NCBI RefSeq assembly: GCF_963921235.1 | Contig: NC_086108.1 | Span: forward strand, 117,492,001 to 117,556,000 | Direction: 5' to 3' | DNA length: 64,000 bases | From: Mobula hypostoma | Lineage: Eukaryota | Shown: positions 50,071-63,592 of the stretch, in pieces | How the letters are laid out: each line of letters opens with the position of its first letter | How positions within the stretch are numbered: the stretch's first letter is position 1 | Program-made: the position numbers and the translations under genes | The notes under the pieces: model-generated | What the model saw: only the letters and a program-made list of their open reading frames with translations | Told to the model about the DNA's origin: nothing | The model's database searches: none

Positions 50071-50700
50071 AATAAAAACGTGAACTACTTTCTAAACGGG
50101 GAGAAAATCCATAAATCAGAGGGGCAAAGGGACTTGAGAGTCCTTGTGCTGGATTCCCTAAAAGTTAACTTGCAGGTTGAGACAGTGGTAAGGAAGGCAA
50201 GTGCAATGTTAGCATTCATTTTGAGGGGACTGGAATATAAAAGCAAGGATGTGATGCTGAGGCTTTATAAGACTGTATTTGGGGTATTGTGAGCAACTTT
50301 GCACCCCTTATCTAAGAAAGGATGTGCTGACGATTGAGAGGATCCAGAGGAGATTCACGAGAATGATCCCGGGAATGAAAAAGATTCGCATATGAGGAGC
50401 GTATGATGGGTCTGAACTTGTACTCTCTGGAGTTTAGAAAAATGAGGGGGGAATCTCATTGAAACCTATTGAATATTGAAAGATCTAGATAGAATGGATC
50501 TGGAGAGGCTTCCAATAGTGAGGGAGCCTTGAGGCCAGAGGACACAGCCTCAGAATAGAGGGATGTTCATTTAGAACAGAGATAAGGAGGAATTTCTTCA
50601 GCCAGTGGGTGGAAATCTGTGGAATTCATTGCCGCAGATGGCTTTGGAATCCAAGTCATTGGGTATATTTAAAGTGGACATTGATAGGTTCTTGATTAGT
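50071..50700 (+). mobile_element. CR1 3' fragment (tail resumes at ~52997-53110)
   Basis: QRDLRVLV..KASAMLAFILRG; interrupted by Rex1. Confidence 0.82.
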
Positions 50701-52996
50701 CGGGGCTAGACCTTGTTTACACAAACATTCCCGACGCGTACCGGGTGGAGCCCTGCCCCCACCTCAGTTACTCAGACCACATCTCTGTTATGCTCATCCC
50801 AGCATACAGACCGCTTGTCAGGCGCTCCAGACCAGTTCAGAAGCAGGTGAAAACCTGGCCAGCAGGAGCCATCTCTGCTCTTCAAGACTGCTTTGAGCAC
50901 ACTGACTGGCACATGTTCAAGGAGGCTGCAACCGATGGTGACTCTACCAACTTAGAGAAGTACACAGCATCAGTGACTAGCTACATCAGCATGTGCATCG
51001 ATGATGTCACTGTGGCCAAGACCATCACTGCACGCGCTGACCAAAAGCCATGGATGACCACGGAGGTGCGTACACTGCTGAGGCTCCGTGACTCCGCCTT
51101 CAGAGCAGACAGCAAGGCAGCCCTAAAAACAGCGAGGGCCAAACTGTCCCGTGCCATCAGAGAGGCAAAGCGTGCACACGCCCAGTGAATCCACAACCAC
51201 TTCCAGGACAGCGGCGACACGCGGCGCATGTGGAAGGGCATTCAGGACATCACCTGACTGTACGGGTGATGCCTCCCTCCCAGATGCGCTGAACTACTTC
51301 TACGCTCGTTTTGAGGTGGAAAATGACGTGACGGCGAGGAAGACCACCCCTCCTCCAAACGACCAGGTGCTGTGTCTTACCGTGGCCGATGTGAGGAGAA
51401 CCCTGTGCAGGGTCAACCCACGGAAGGCTGCTGGACCTGACAATATTCCTGGCAGAGTGGTTAGAGGATGTGCAGACCAGCTAGCAGATATTCTCACTGT
51501 CATCTTTAACATCTCCCTGAGCAGCGCCATCGTTCCTACATGCTTCAAGGCCGCCACCATCGTCCCCGTGCTGAAGAATTCTCCAGTGTCCTGCCTCAAC
51601 GACTACCGTCCCATTGCACTCACATCCATCATCATGAAGTGTTTAGAGAGGCTTGTCATGAGGCACATCAAGACCCTGCTGCCCCCCTCACTGGACCCCT
51701 GCAGTTCACGTACCATCCCAACCGTTCAACAGATGACGCCATTGCCATCAGCCTCCACCTGGACAAAAAAGATGCGTATGTTCGAATGCTGTTCATAGAC
51801 TTCAGTTCGGCATTCAACACAATCATTCCTTAGAAACTGATTGGAAAGCTGAACCTACTGGGCCTGAACACCTTCCTCTGCAACTGGATCCTAGACTTCC
51901 TGACTGGGAGACCTCAGTCAGTCCGGATTGGAAGCAGCATCTCCAACACCATCACACTGAGCACGGGGGCACCCCAGGGCTGTGTACTCAGTCCACTGCT
52001 GTTCACTCTGCTGACCCACGACTGTGCTGCAACACACAGCTCGAACCACGTCATCAAGTTCGCCGATGACACGACTGTGGTGGGTCTCATCAGCAAGAAC
52101 GATGAGTCAGCATACAGAGAGGAGGTGCAGCGGCTAACGGACTGGTGCAGAACCAACAACCTATCTCTGAATGTGAACAAGACAAAAGAGATGGTTGTTG
52201 ACTTCAGGAGGACACGGAGCGACCACTCTCCGCTGAACATAGACGTCTCTTCCGTAGAGATCGTTAAGAGCACCAAATTTCTTGGTGTTCACCTGGCGGA
52301 GAATCTCACCTGGTCCCTCAAAACCAGCTCCATAGCAAAGAAAGCCCAGCAGCATCTTGACTTTCTGCGAAGGCTGAGTAAAGTCCATCTCCACCCACCA
52401 TCCTCACCACATTTTACAGAGGTTGTATTGAGAACATCCTGAGCAGCTGCATTATTGCCTAGTTCGGAAATTGCACTATCTCGGATCACAAGACCCTGCA
52501 GCGGATAGTGAGGTCAGCTGAGAAGTCTCTCTTCCCGCCATTACAGACGTTTACACCACACGCTGAATCCGCAAAGCAAACAGCATTATGAAGGACCCCA
52601 CACACCCCTCATACAAACTCTTCTCCCTCCTGCCATCTGGCAAAAGGCACCGAAGCATTTGGGCTCTCACGACCAGACTATGTAACAGTTTCTTCCCCCA
52701 AGCCATCAGACTCCTCAATACCCAGAGCCTGGACTGACACCAACCTGCTGCCCTCTACTGAGCCTATTGTCTTGTTTATTATTTATTGTAATGCCTGCAC
52801 TGTTTTGTGCACTTTATGCAGTCCTGGGTAGGTCTGTAGTCTAGTGTAGTTTTTGTGTTGTTTTACGTAGTTCAGTGGTAGTTTTTGTATTGTTTCATGT
52901 AGCACCATGATCCTGAAAAAACGTCTCATTTTTATTGTGTACTGTACCAGCAGTTATGGTCGAAATGACAATGAAAAGTGACTTGACTTGACTTGA
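50701..52996 (+). mobile_element. Rex1/Babar LINE, 5'-truncated and degraded
   Basis: [62 protein letters not shown]; (GACTT)n tail. Confidence 0.93.
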
Positions 52997-53321
52997 AAGG
53001 TTACAGGGAGAAGGCAGAATGGAGTTGAGAAGGATAATAAATCAGCCATGATGGAATGGTGGAGCAGACTCGATTGAGTGAATGGCCTAATTCTGCTTCT
53101 GTGTCTTATGTTTTATAGATATGAGGTGTTGCACTTTGCGGTGTTAGCGACTTTCATTGTTTTGCTCTAAATGTTTTCTTTCTTGTAAAAATGTGGTATA
53201 ATTTATGTTTTACTTGTGAATGCTGTTGATCTGATGCTCTGTGCCTGTGATGCTGTTGAATGTTTCTCACTGCAGCTGTGTGTATGTATACTTGTGCAGG
53301 TAACAGTCTCATCGTAGCTTT

Positions 53322-53536
53322 ATGCTGAGAGGGGGAAAATTTAAAGGAACTCATGAGACAAGTTTTTCTACACAGAGAGGGTGGGTGCCAGGGCTGGTGT
53401 GGAAGCAGAGTGGTGGATGTTGGGAACATGCTGAGAGGGGGAAAATTTAAAGGAACTCATGAGACAAGTTTTTCTACACAGAGAGGGTGGGTGCCAGGGC
53501 TGGTGTGGAAGCAGAGTGGTGGATGTTGGGAACATG
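53322..53536. repeat. Perfect 106-bp tandem duplication in an old CR1 fragment
   Basis: atgctgagagggggaaaatt...gatgttgggaac at 53322 and 53428. Confidence 0.9.
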
Positions 53537-54207
53537 GTGCCTGGGCTAGTGTGGAAGTAGATATGATGGTGATATTGAAGAAGCAATTAGACAGGTATGC
53601 AGACAGATAAAGAATATGGATTATGTGCAGACAGATGTGATTAGCTTAATTTAGTGTCATGGTGGCTACATCATAGGCTGAACAGCCTGTTCCTGTCTTA
53701 TGTCCAGCCATCTACAATCAGCTCCTTTTGATGTGTTTCAGACTATGAACACATCCTAATGGCAGCTTTCCACTCAAAACATCAACCACAGATGCCACTT
53801 GACCCAGAGTTCTTCCAGCTGTTTGTTTCTGCTCCACATTATAACAGCTGCAGCCTCTTGTGTCTCCATTAACATAGCCCTCTCTGAATTTACAGTCCTC
53901 CACATCCAATACAGATGAAAAGTATTCATTTCAGACCTTCCGCATCATCTGGCTCCATGTGTAGATTATGTCTCTGGTCCCTGAAACCACCCACCCTTTC
54001 CCTGTTTTATAGAATGACGTGATCACTATTTGTACAGTGTACAGTTCCACGTGAGTCTTGTTCTGGGATTCCAGTCCAGCATTATCTCATGGACCAGGGC
54101 GTGTACAAATCTGTGCACCTTAAGAGGTATTGATTGGGAGATTCCCATTAGACTTGGATGAACTCAAGCTTAGACTTTGATTGTGTCACACCTGCTCTGT
54201 CTTACAG

Positions 54208-54315
54208 TTGAAGAAACTGTTGGCACGTGATCCGCAGAACATTGGGACCCATGAGAGGTTTCTCGCTGGATCTCTTGCTGGGGTAACAGCTCAGACCAGC
54301 ATTTATCCAATGGAG
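54208..54315 (+). CDS. SLC25A24: SLC25A24-like exon 7
   Basis: ctgtcttacAG acceptor; [36 protein letters not shown]; donor GTACGT; 108 nt. Confidence 0.95.
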
Positions 54316-55446
54316 GTACGTACCAATCGAAAACTGCAAGCAGTTTAGGATCATTGACAGCGTCAGTCACAAAATTCTCCCAGCCACAAACTGTCTGTTT
54401 CTCCACAAGACACTTTTATCTTACTCCACCTTCACTTCACTTATCCCTTGTCAGTTTATCCAGTTCACAAGCACATCCTGTTCTCAAAAGCTTAGAAAGT
54501 CACAGAGCATGCAAACAGGTTCTTCAGCCCATCAAATCCATGCTGACCATCCAGCAGCTATTGGTCAATATCATTCTGTGTCTTGGTGATTCAAGTGCAC
54601 GTCCATACTTTGGTTCTGCCATGATCTTGGCCACTTTGCCGTTGATGGCCATTTTCTTGGCTGTCGGTGAACTGCAGTAAGACTCCAATAATCTGCTGTC
54701 CAACTATTCATAAAACCAAAAGTTTTAGCATCTGACGTACCAGATGTTCCTCCCACTCCCCAGGACCCATTTCCCACACTCCCTCTGAACTCAGCAACAC
54801 CCTGTTTCTCTCACTCCCTTTAAACTCACCGTGGCCCTTTCCCTGTGTAGCAAAGCTACAATATCATTACCCCCTTTAACACACCTGGGCCCCAGTTTGT
54901 GAAACTCAACTTTCAACCCAGTTAGCTCTTTCTTTCCCATTCTCCCTTGAAACTTAATTGGTTCACAGAAATGTGTATCATTCTGTCATGTAACATCTCT
55001 TTTAAAAATCAGAATTAACAATATCCAGTAGTCGGAAATATCCACCTATCCAGTACCAGTAACAAATGAACCGTGCTGGATTATCTGAGTTCCCCATCAG
55101 TCTTTGTAGCTAAACTTGTGATGGAGGTGAAACATCTGTTTTTTTTCCACTCAAATTGGTGTTTCTGGGTAATGGATGGGAAAATTTAGAGACTCCCTTT
55201 CTGAAGTACAGGAATGAAGAATCTGATTCTCTTAGCAATTACTCAAACAGACCTCACCTTCTGGATTGGTTGCTTCCATTTGGTTCTCATTGACTAGAAT
55301 GCCCCAATCAAAGCCCACACCGAGGTCAGGTGGAATCTCTTTAATTACATAGACTCCAGGTGAAGCCCAGTGGGTCCCAGAAATAGCAGGCACAGACTGA
55401 AAGCTGCCAGGAGACCAACATATTGCTTTTCTGTGATCATCACTAG

Positions 55447-55614
55447 GTTCTGAAGACCAGAATGGCTTTGCGGAAGACTGGGCAATACTCAGGAGTTGCA
55501 GACTGCGTGAGGAAGATTTGGAGGAACGAAGGATTGGTTGCATTTTACAAAGGCTATATTCCAAACATTCTGGGCATTATCCCATATGCAGGCATTGACC
55601 TGGCCATTTATGAG
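55447..55614 (+). CDS. SLC25A24: SLC25A24-like exon 8
   Basis: cactAG acceptor; [56 protein letters not shown]; donor GTAGGT; 168 nt. Confidence 0.96.
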
Positions 55615-55699
55615 GTAGGTCTGTGGAACTGCAGCGCACAGGATGTCTTGGCGTTAGAGGTATTCTAAAAGATGTTTACCAAGCTAAATTCTGGGATGA

Positions 55700-56260
55700 G
55701 CTTTTAGCACATTGGCCTTCATAAATCAGAGTATTGGGTACAGGAGTTAGGATGTTATGTTGTATAAGATGTTGGTAAAGCCTAAATTGGAGTAATGTGT
55801 GCAGTTGTTGTCACCTCACTACAGGAAAGGTGTCATTAAGATTGAAAGAGTGCAGAGAAAATTTACAAGTTTGTTTCTCGGACTTGAGAAGCTGCGTTAT
55901 AGGGAAATGTTGAATAGGTTAAGACTTTATTCCCTAGAATTAGAAGAATGAGGGGAGATTTGATAGAGGTACACAAGATTATGAGGGGTATAGATAGAGT
56001 GAATGCTAGCAGGCTTTTGACACTGAGGTTGAGTTAGATTGGAATGAGGGGTCATAGATTAAGGGTGAAAGGTGAAATGTTTAAGGGAAACATGAGGGAG
56101 AATTTCATCCCTCGGAGGGAGGTGAGAGTGGAATGAGCTGTCAGTGGAAGTGGTAGATGCAGGTTTGATTTCAGCATTACAGAATTTTGGATAAGTACAT
56201 GGATGGGAGGGGTATGGAGGGCTGTGGTCCAGGGGCTGGTCAAAGAGACTAGGCAGCACA
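55700..56260 (+). mobile_element. Degraded CR1 3' fragment
   Basis: cactacaggaaag, gaggggagatttgatagaggt and related C-terminal motifs. Confidence 0.75.
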
Positions 56261-56572
56261 TAATTCTCCATAACTTCCACCATCTCCAAAGGGATCCCTC
56301 CCCTCCCCCCGACTTTCCATAGGGATTGCTCCCTTTGCAGCTCCCTTGTCCACTTATACCACCCTACAGATCTCCCTTATGATACTCATCCTTGCAAGTA
56401 GAACTAGTGCTACACCTGCCCCTACACCACCTCCCTCACTGCCATCCAGAGCCCTAAGCAGTTCTTCCAGGTGAGGTGACGCTTCACCTGTGAGTCTGTT
56501 GGGGTCATTTACTGTGTTCGGTGCTCCCGGTGTGGCCTCGTGTACATCTGTGAGACCCAACGCAGATTGGGA

Positions 56573-57733
56573 TGTGATGCTGAGCCTCTATAAAGCACTG
56601 GTGAGGCCTCACCTTGAGAATTGTGAACAGTTTTTGGCCTTTCATCATTGAAAAGATGTGCTGGCATTGGAGAGGGCCCAGAGAAGGTTGTACTCTGTAC
56701 AGAGAAGGCTGGCGGCTTAATATAGGGGATGATAGCCCCCGTCCAGCCAAACTTAAGAAATCTCGTTTGGGTGGATGCTGCGCGATGTGTCCCCTGTTAC
56801 AAATCAGTACCCCGAAATAACAAACAGTACACAAAATGCGATTAAAGGATTGAGCTCTATAATTCTTACTTTGACTATATGGTTAGTAAAGAAAACTACA
56901 AAAAGAAAAGAGCCTATTCTCATGAACAGTCTGTTGCGCAATGTTGGAGCTCGCTGATAAGCTGGTCATCCACCATCGACCCCCTCTGATCGTCGCTGAC
57001 CTTCGGACCCTCGCTCCAGGTCCACTCTGTCCGGTGATCTACCAACTCTCTCCATCCACGTCTTCTCTCCTCGTCTCTCCCTGGCAAAAGACCACGAAAA
57101 TCTCTCTTCCAGGCTCACAAGAAAGAACATTTCTCTCATTGGATAGCCCCAGCATTCCAAACCGTGTTATCTCTAGTCATAACCCAAACATTGCTGCTAC
57201 AGAGAAACCATTACATTAGCAGTGAAACCTTACAGCATGTTACAAGGTTCACAAGGATGATTCCAGGAATGAAACGGTTATCATACTTGGAACATTTTAT
57301 GATTCTGGGTTGGTACTCGCTAGAATTCAGAAGGATGAAGGGGGACCTCATTGAAACCTTTCGAATGTTAAAAGGCCTAGACAAAGTAGATGTGGAAAGG
57401 ATGTTTCCCATGGTAGGAGAGTCTAGGACAAGAGGGCACAGCCTCAGGATAGAGGGGTGCCCTTTCAAATCAGAGACGTGGAGAAATTTCTTTAGCCAAA
57501 GGTGGTGAATTTGTGGAATTTGTTGCCACATGCAGCTGTGGAGGCCAGGTCATTGGGTGTATTTAAGGCAGAGATTGATAGGTTCTGGATTGGACATGGC
57601 ATCAAAAGTTACGGGAAGAAGGCTGGGAACTGGTGTTGAGGAGGAGAAAAAGAAAGGATCATCCATGATTGAATGGCTGAGCAGATTCAATGGGCAGTTG
57701 GCCTAATTCTGCTCCTATGTCTTACGGTCTTAT
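56573..57733 (+). mobile_element. CR1 3' fragment nested in the Penelope-like element
   Basis: LYKALVRPHL; RFTRMIPGMK..TRGHSLRIEG; tail. Confidence 0.88.
56689..57244 (-). mobile_element. Gypsy solo LTR (556 bp)
   Basis: TG...CA termini; 4-bp TSD aggt (56685-88 / 57245-48); homologous to the split LTR at 19135-22607. Confidence 0.93.
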
Positions 57734-58310
57734 GCTCATCTACACTTTGTTCCCCAGAACAAGCGGGATCTCCCAGTGGCCACCCTTATTAATTCCACTT
57801 CCCATTCCCATATGTCCATCCATGGCCTCCAACAATGCTGTGATGAGACCACACTTAGGTTGGAGGAACAACACCTTATATTCTATTTTGGGTGGCCTCC
57901 AACCTGATGGCATGAACATCAATTTCTCAAACTTCTGGTAATGCCCCCAAAATGTACCCCTCTTCTGTTTCCTGCTCCCTTTTCCCTCTCTCACCCCATG
58001 GCCTTCCTCTGGTGCTCCTTCTACCTTTTACTTTCATCCATGGCCTTCTGTCTCTTTCACCAATCAACTTCCCAGCTCTTTACTTCATCCATCCCCCTCC
58101 CGGTTTCACCTGTCACCTCGTGGTTCTCTCCCCTTCCCCCCCCCTCCACCTATTAAATCTACTGCTCAGCTTTTTTTCTCCAGTACTGCCAAAGGATTTT
58201 GGTCTGAAATGTCGACTGTACTTTTTCCCATTGATGCTGCCTGGCCTGCTGAGTTCTTCAAGCATTTTGTGTTTATTGCTCAGATTTTCAGCTTCTGCAG
58301 ATTTTCTCTT

Positions 58311-58428
58311 GTTTGTCAGCAGTTTCTGAGACACTCACGCTACCCCGTCTGGTACCAACGATCATTCCACGGTCAAAGCCACTTAGATCACATCTATTCC
58401 CGATTCTGAAGTTTGGTCTGAACAACAG
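58311..58428 (-). mobile_element. Tc1-like transposase N-terminal fragment
   Basis: RCDLSGFDRGMIVGTRRGSVSVSETAD resembles the Tc1 paired-type HTH start. Confidence 0.7.
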
Positions 58429-59120
58429 CACTTCACCTGTGAGTCTGTTGGGGTCATCTACTGTATCTGGTGCTCCCAGTGTGGCCTCTTGTTTATCAGT
58501 GAGACCCAATGTAGATCAAGAGACTGCTTCGTCAAGCACCACACTCCATCTACCAGAAAAAGCGGGATCTCCCAGCAGCCATTCATTTTAATTTCACTAC
58601 CCATTCCCTTTCCGACATGTCATCTACTATCGCAATGAGATGACACTTAGGTGCAAAACTTGTATTCCGTCTAGGTAGCCTCCAACCTGATGGCATGAAC
58701 ATCAATTTCTTGAACTTGTCCCCCCCCTTTTCTGTTTCCCGTCCCCTTTTCCCTCTTTCATCTTCTTGTGTGCCCATCACCCCCCTCTAGTGCTCCTTCC
58801 CCTTTTCTTCCTTCCATGGTCTTCTGTGCTCTCCTATTATTCCCCCTTCTCCAGCCCTGTATCTCTTTCACCAATCAACTTTCCAATCTTTACTTCACCC
58901 CTCACTCCCTTCCCTGTTTTACCTATCACCTTGTGTTTCACTCTCCCCTCTCCCATCTTCTAAATCTGAATCCTCATCTTTTTTCCTCCAGTCCTGCTGA
59001 AGGGTCTTGACCAGAAACATCAGCTGTACTCTTGTCCATAGGTGCTGCCTGGCCTGCTGAGTTCCTACAGACTTTTGTTTGTCTTCCTTGGGTTTCCATC
59101 ATCTGCAGATTTTCAACTGC
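58429..59120 (+). mobile_element. Second Penelope-like 3' copy (GIY-YIG remnant and hammerhead region)
   Basis: FTCESVGVIYCIWCSQCGLLFISETQ; CAGTC-CTGCTGA-AGGGTCTTGACCA-GAAAC-ATC-AGCTG at 58989-59026. Confidence 0.85.
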
Positions 59121-59289
59121 GTGCTTTTATACAAACGTACATTGAGTTACCTCCATATGATTAGTTGATTCAATATTTGCATTAAAGTAAACAATGAGTG
59201 CAGTCATCAACAAAGATTTATAAGACCATAAGACGTAGGAGCAGAATTAGGATCATTTTTTCCCCACTTCAACTCCATTCCTCAGCCCG

Positions 59290-59797
59290 AGTAGGGGCTA
59301 AAACAAGGGTGGGGCTAAAATGCAACCAGAAAGTGAGAAGCAGCCCACGCAGATACGCAAAGAGGGGCTGCAGCCTCACACACTCCATGTACATGTGGTA
59401 CACAGTCTCCTCCAGTCTGCAGAAGTGACACGCGGCTGGGAGATCTGTGTACAAACTAAAGAACTGATTGCAGGGCGCCGCTCTATACAGCAGCCTCCAC
59501 CTCAGATCCCCAAGGTGCATGGGAAGAACTCCCTCATAAAGGGACTTCCGCTGGGGACCTCCCTCACCACCAGGTGGAAAGACAGACTGCCATGTCGTGT
59601 CGGGACAGTGGACAAGGGCTGGGAGATGGAGGGTGTGGAGCAGCAGCCCATATGGGTACCTCCCACATGCATGCCTGAATGGGATTGTGGGTGTCGAGGA
59701 GAGACGGCTCAAGTTGTGGACTTGGCTCTTGGATAAGATTGCGGGGACTGGGCCTGACAAGCAGCACAGCCTGAGTCGTTCCAACACGAGCTGCACC
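59290..59797 (-). mobile_element. Tx1-clade L1 C-terminal fragment
   Basis: GDLRWRLLYRAAPCN..ACHFCRLEETVYHMYMECVRLQPLF..FWLHFSPT (CCHC zinc knuckle). Confidence 0.85.
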
Positions 59798-60562
59798 TGT
59801 CTGTGTGTTTGTGTGTGGCGATGAGATGTTGTTCGGTGTGTGTGTGTGACAATGAGATGTTCTGTTTGTGTGTGTGGCGATGAGATGTTGTTCTGTCTGT
59901 GTGTGTGATGATGAGATGTTGTTCTGTCTGTGTGTGTGATGATGAGATGTTGTTCTGTGTGTGTGCGATGAGATGTTGTTCTGTGTGTGTGCGATGAGAT
60001 GTTGTTCTGTCTGTGTGTGTGGTGATGAAATGTTGTTCTGTCTGTGTGTGTGACGATGAGATGTTGTTCTGTCTGTGTGTGTGTGGCGATGAGACGTTCT
60101 GTCTGTGACGAGATGTTCTGTCTGTGTGTGGCGATGAGATGTTGTTCTGTCTATGTGATGATGAGATGTTTTTCTGTGTGTGTGTGCGATGAGATGTTGT
60201 TCTGTCTATGTGATGATGAGATGTTCTCTGTGTGTGTGTGTGTGGCAATGAGGTGTGTGTGTCGATGAAATGTTGTTCTGTCTGTGTGTGTGTGTGTGGC
60301 GATGAGATGTTGTTCTGTCTATGTGATGATGAGATGTTGTTCTGTGTGTGTGTGCGATGAGATGTTGTTCTGTCTATGTGATGATGAGATGTTGTTCTGT
60401 GTGTGTGTGTGGCGATGAGGTGTGTGTGTCGATGAAATGTTCTGTCTGTGTGTGTGTGTGTGTGGCGATGAGATGTTGTTCCGTTTGTGTGTGTGACGAT
60501 GAGATGTTCTGTCTGTGTGTGTGACAATGAGATGTTCTGTGTGTGTGTGTGGCAATGAGATG
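59798..60562. repeat. TG-rich satellite: (gcgatgagatgttgttctgtc(tg)n)n
   Basis: Units of about 25-40 bp with variable TG tracts; continues at 62708-62807 and 63481-64000. Confidence 0.95.
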
Positions 60563-62706
60563 ACTGGAAAGATACCCTAGCAGGGATGACAGTGGAACAA
60601 CAATGGCAGGTATTTCTGGGAATAATGCGGAAGGTGCTAGATCAGTTCATTCCAAAGAGGAAGAAAGATTCTAAGGGGAGTAAGGGGCGACTGTGGCTGA
60701 CAAGGGAAGTCAAGGATAGTAGGAAAATACAAGAGAAGAAGTATAACATAGCAAAGGTGAGCAGGATGCCAGAGGATTGGGAAACTTTTAAAGAGCAACA
60801 GAGGATAACTAAAAAGGCAATACGGGGAGAAAAGATGAGATATGAAGGCATGCTAGCCAAGAATATAAAGGAGGATAGTAAAAGCTTCTTTAGGTATGTG
60901 AAGAGGAAAAAAATTAGTTAAGACCAAAGTTGGGCCCTTGAGCACAGAAGCGGGTGAATTTATTATGAGGAACAAGGAAATGGCAGACCAGTTGAACAGG
61001 TACTTTGGATCTGTCTTCACTAGGGAAGACACAAGCAATCTCCCAGATGTAATAGTGGCCGGAGGACCTAGGGTAACGGAGGAACTGTAGGAGATTCACA
61101 TTAGGCAGAAAATGGTGTTGGATAGACTGATGGGACTGAAGGCTGATAAATCCCCAGGGCCTGATGGTCTGCACCCCAGGGTACTTAAGGCTCTAGAAAT
61201 CGTGGATGCATTGGTAATTATTTTCCAATGTTTTGTAGATTCAGGTTCAGTTCCTGAGGACTGGAGTGTAGCTAATGTTATCGCACTTTTTAAGAAAGGA
61301 GGGAGAGAAAAAACAGGGAATTATAGACCAGTTAGCCTGACATCAGTGGTGGGGAAGATGCTGGAGTCAATTATAAAGGATGAAATAGCGGCACATTTGG
61401 ATAGCAGTAGCGGGATTGGTCCGAGTCAGCATGGATTTACGAAGGGGAAATCATGCTTGGCTAATCTTCTGGAATTATTTGAGGATGTAACTATGAAAAT
61501 GGACAAGGGAGAACCAGTGGATGTAGTGTACATGGACTTTCAGAAAGCCTTTGATAAGGTCCCACATAGGAGATTAGTGGGCAAAATTAGAGCACATGGT
61601 ACTGGGGGTAAGATACTGACATGGATCGTAAATTGGTTGGCAGACAGGAAACAAAGAGTAGGCATTAATGGGTCCATTTCAGAACGGCAGGTGGTGACTA
61701 GTGGGGTACCGCAAGGCTCGGTGCTGGAACCGCGGCTATTTACAATATACATTAATGATTTAGATGAAGGGATTAAAAGTAACATTAGCAAATTTGCAGA
61801 TGACACAAAGCTGGGTGGCAGTGTGAAATGTGTGGAGGATGTTGAGATAATGCAGGATGACTTGGACAGATGAGTGGGCACATGCATGGCAGATGCAGTT
61901 TAATGTGGATAAATGTGAGGTTATCCACTTTGGTGGCAAGAACAGAAAGGCAGATTACTATTTGAATGGTGTCAAGTTAGGAAAAGGGGAAGTACAACGA
62001 GATCTTGGTGTCCTTGTACACTAGTCACTGAAAGTAAGCATGCAGGTACAGCAGGCAGTGAAGAAAGCTAATGGCATGTTGGCCTTCATAACAAGGGGAG
62101 TTGAGTATAGGAGCAAAGAGGTCCTTCTGCAGTTGTACAGGGCCCTGGTAAGACCACACCTGGAGTATTGTGTACAGTTTTGGTCTCCGAGTTTGAGAAA
62201 GGACATTCTTGCTATTGAGGGAGTGCAGCGGAGGTTCACGAGGTTAATTCCCGGGATGGCGGGACTGCCATATGTTGAAAGATTGGAGCGATTGGGCTTG
62301 TATACACTGGAATTTAGAAGGATGAGTGGGGATCTGATTGAAACATATAAGATTATGAAGGGATTGGATACGCTAGAGGCAGGAAACTGTTCTCAATGTT
62401 GTGGGGGTCCAGAACCAGAGGCCACAATTTGAGAATAAGGGGCAGGCCATTTAGAACGGAGTTGAGGAAGAATTTTTTCATCCAGAGAGTTGTGGATCTG
62501 TGGAATGCTCTGCCTCAGAAGGCAGTGGAGGCCAATTCTCTGGATGCTTTCAAGAAAGAGTTAGCTAGAGTTAATGATAGTGGAGTCAAGGGATATGGGG
62601 AGAAGGCAGGAACGGGGTACTGATTGTGGATGATCAGCCATGATCACAGTGAATGGTGGTGCTGGCTTGAAGGGCCAAATGGCCTACTCCTGCACCTATT
62701 GTCTAT
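60563..62706 (+). mobile_element. CR1 ORF2 (5'-truncated) inserted in the satellite
   Basis: KSPGPDG..YMDFQKAFDKVPH..KFADDTK..tail; 7-bp TSD tgagatg (60556-62 / 62707-13). Confidence 0.93.
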
Positions 62707-62807
62707 TGAGATGTTGTTCTGTGTCTGTGTGGGGCGATGAGATATTCTGTGTGTGTGGGGCAATGAGATGTTGTTCTGTCTATGTGTGAGGCAATGAGAT
62801 GTTCTCT

Positions 62808-63480
62808 TTTTTTTACAAAATTTCCTTTATTACAAATTTGGTGCTATACTGTATATACAAAACAGTGACTAATACAATTACTCCACTGCAAATAGACGAT
62901 ACACATTAAACCAAAATGTTTCCATCTCTATCAATGATGGCAATTACACCCTGCGGAGTCCAACTGTCGCAGAACGCCTCTAAGATCGCCATGGACTGCA
63001 CGTCTTCCTTTTCAATATTTACCCAAGCACGAACATACCCCTTAAACATTGCTAGACAGTCTGCCTGGGCCGATCCTCCCGCCACCCGTTTCCAAGACCC
63101 ACGGATGGCTGTTTTCGCCAGCCCCAGGAGCAAGTTGACAAGGACATCCTCATCCCTCCATGCCCCCCTCCTTACTGGATGACCGTATATAAATAGGGTG
63201 GGGCTAAAATGCAACCAGAAGGTGAGAAGCAGCCCACGCAAATACGCAAAGAGGGGCTGCAGCCTCACACACTCCATGTACATGTGGTACACGGTCTCCT
63301 CCAGCCCGCTGGGAGATCCGTGTACAAACTAAAGAATTTATTACAAGGCACCGGTCTATCCAGCAGCTTCCACCTCAGATCCCCAAGGTGCATGGGAAGA
63401 ACTCCCTCGTAAAGGGACTTCCATTGGGGACCTCCCTCACCACCAAGTGGAAAGACTAACTGCCATGGCATATCGGGACG
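62808..63480 (-). mobile_element. Tx1-clade L1 3' end with AATAAA and short A-tail, embedded in the satellite
   Basis: Same C-terminus as 59290-59797, continuing to LVNLLLGLAKTAI..DGNILV*; T run at ~62808 abuts the satellite sequence gagatgttctc. Confidence 0.88.
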
Positions 63481-63552
63481 GTGTCTGTGTGTGGCAATGA
63501 AATGTTCTTCTGTCTGTGAGTGTGTGTGGCGATGAGATGTTGTTCTGTCTGT

Positions 63553-63592
<40 letters not shown>

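Larger units (their letters stand above)
56270..58310 (+). mobile_element. Penelope-like element (GIY-YIG remnant and 3' region), split by a CR1 that contains a solo LTR
   Basis: CYTCPYTTSLTAIQSPKQFFQVR*RFTCESVGVIYCVRCSRCGLVYICETQRRLG at ~56408-56572; resumes at ~57740; degenerate hammerhead motif at 58181-58218. Confidence 0.85.

Noticed and set aside
59709..60555. His/Thr-rich and Cys/Val-rich ORFs (also 63437-63930)
   Set aside because: These are translations of the TG/CA satellite, with no splice or domain evidence.
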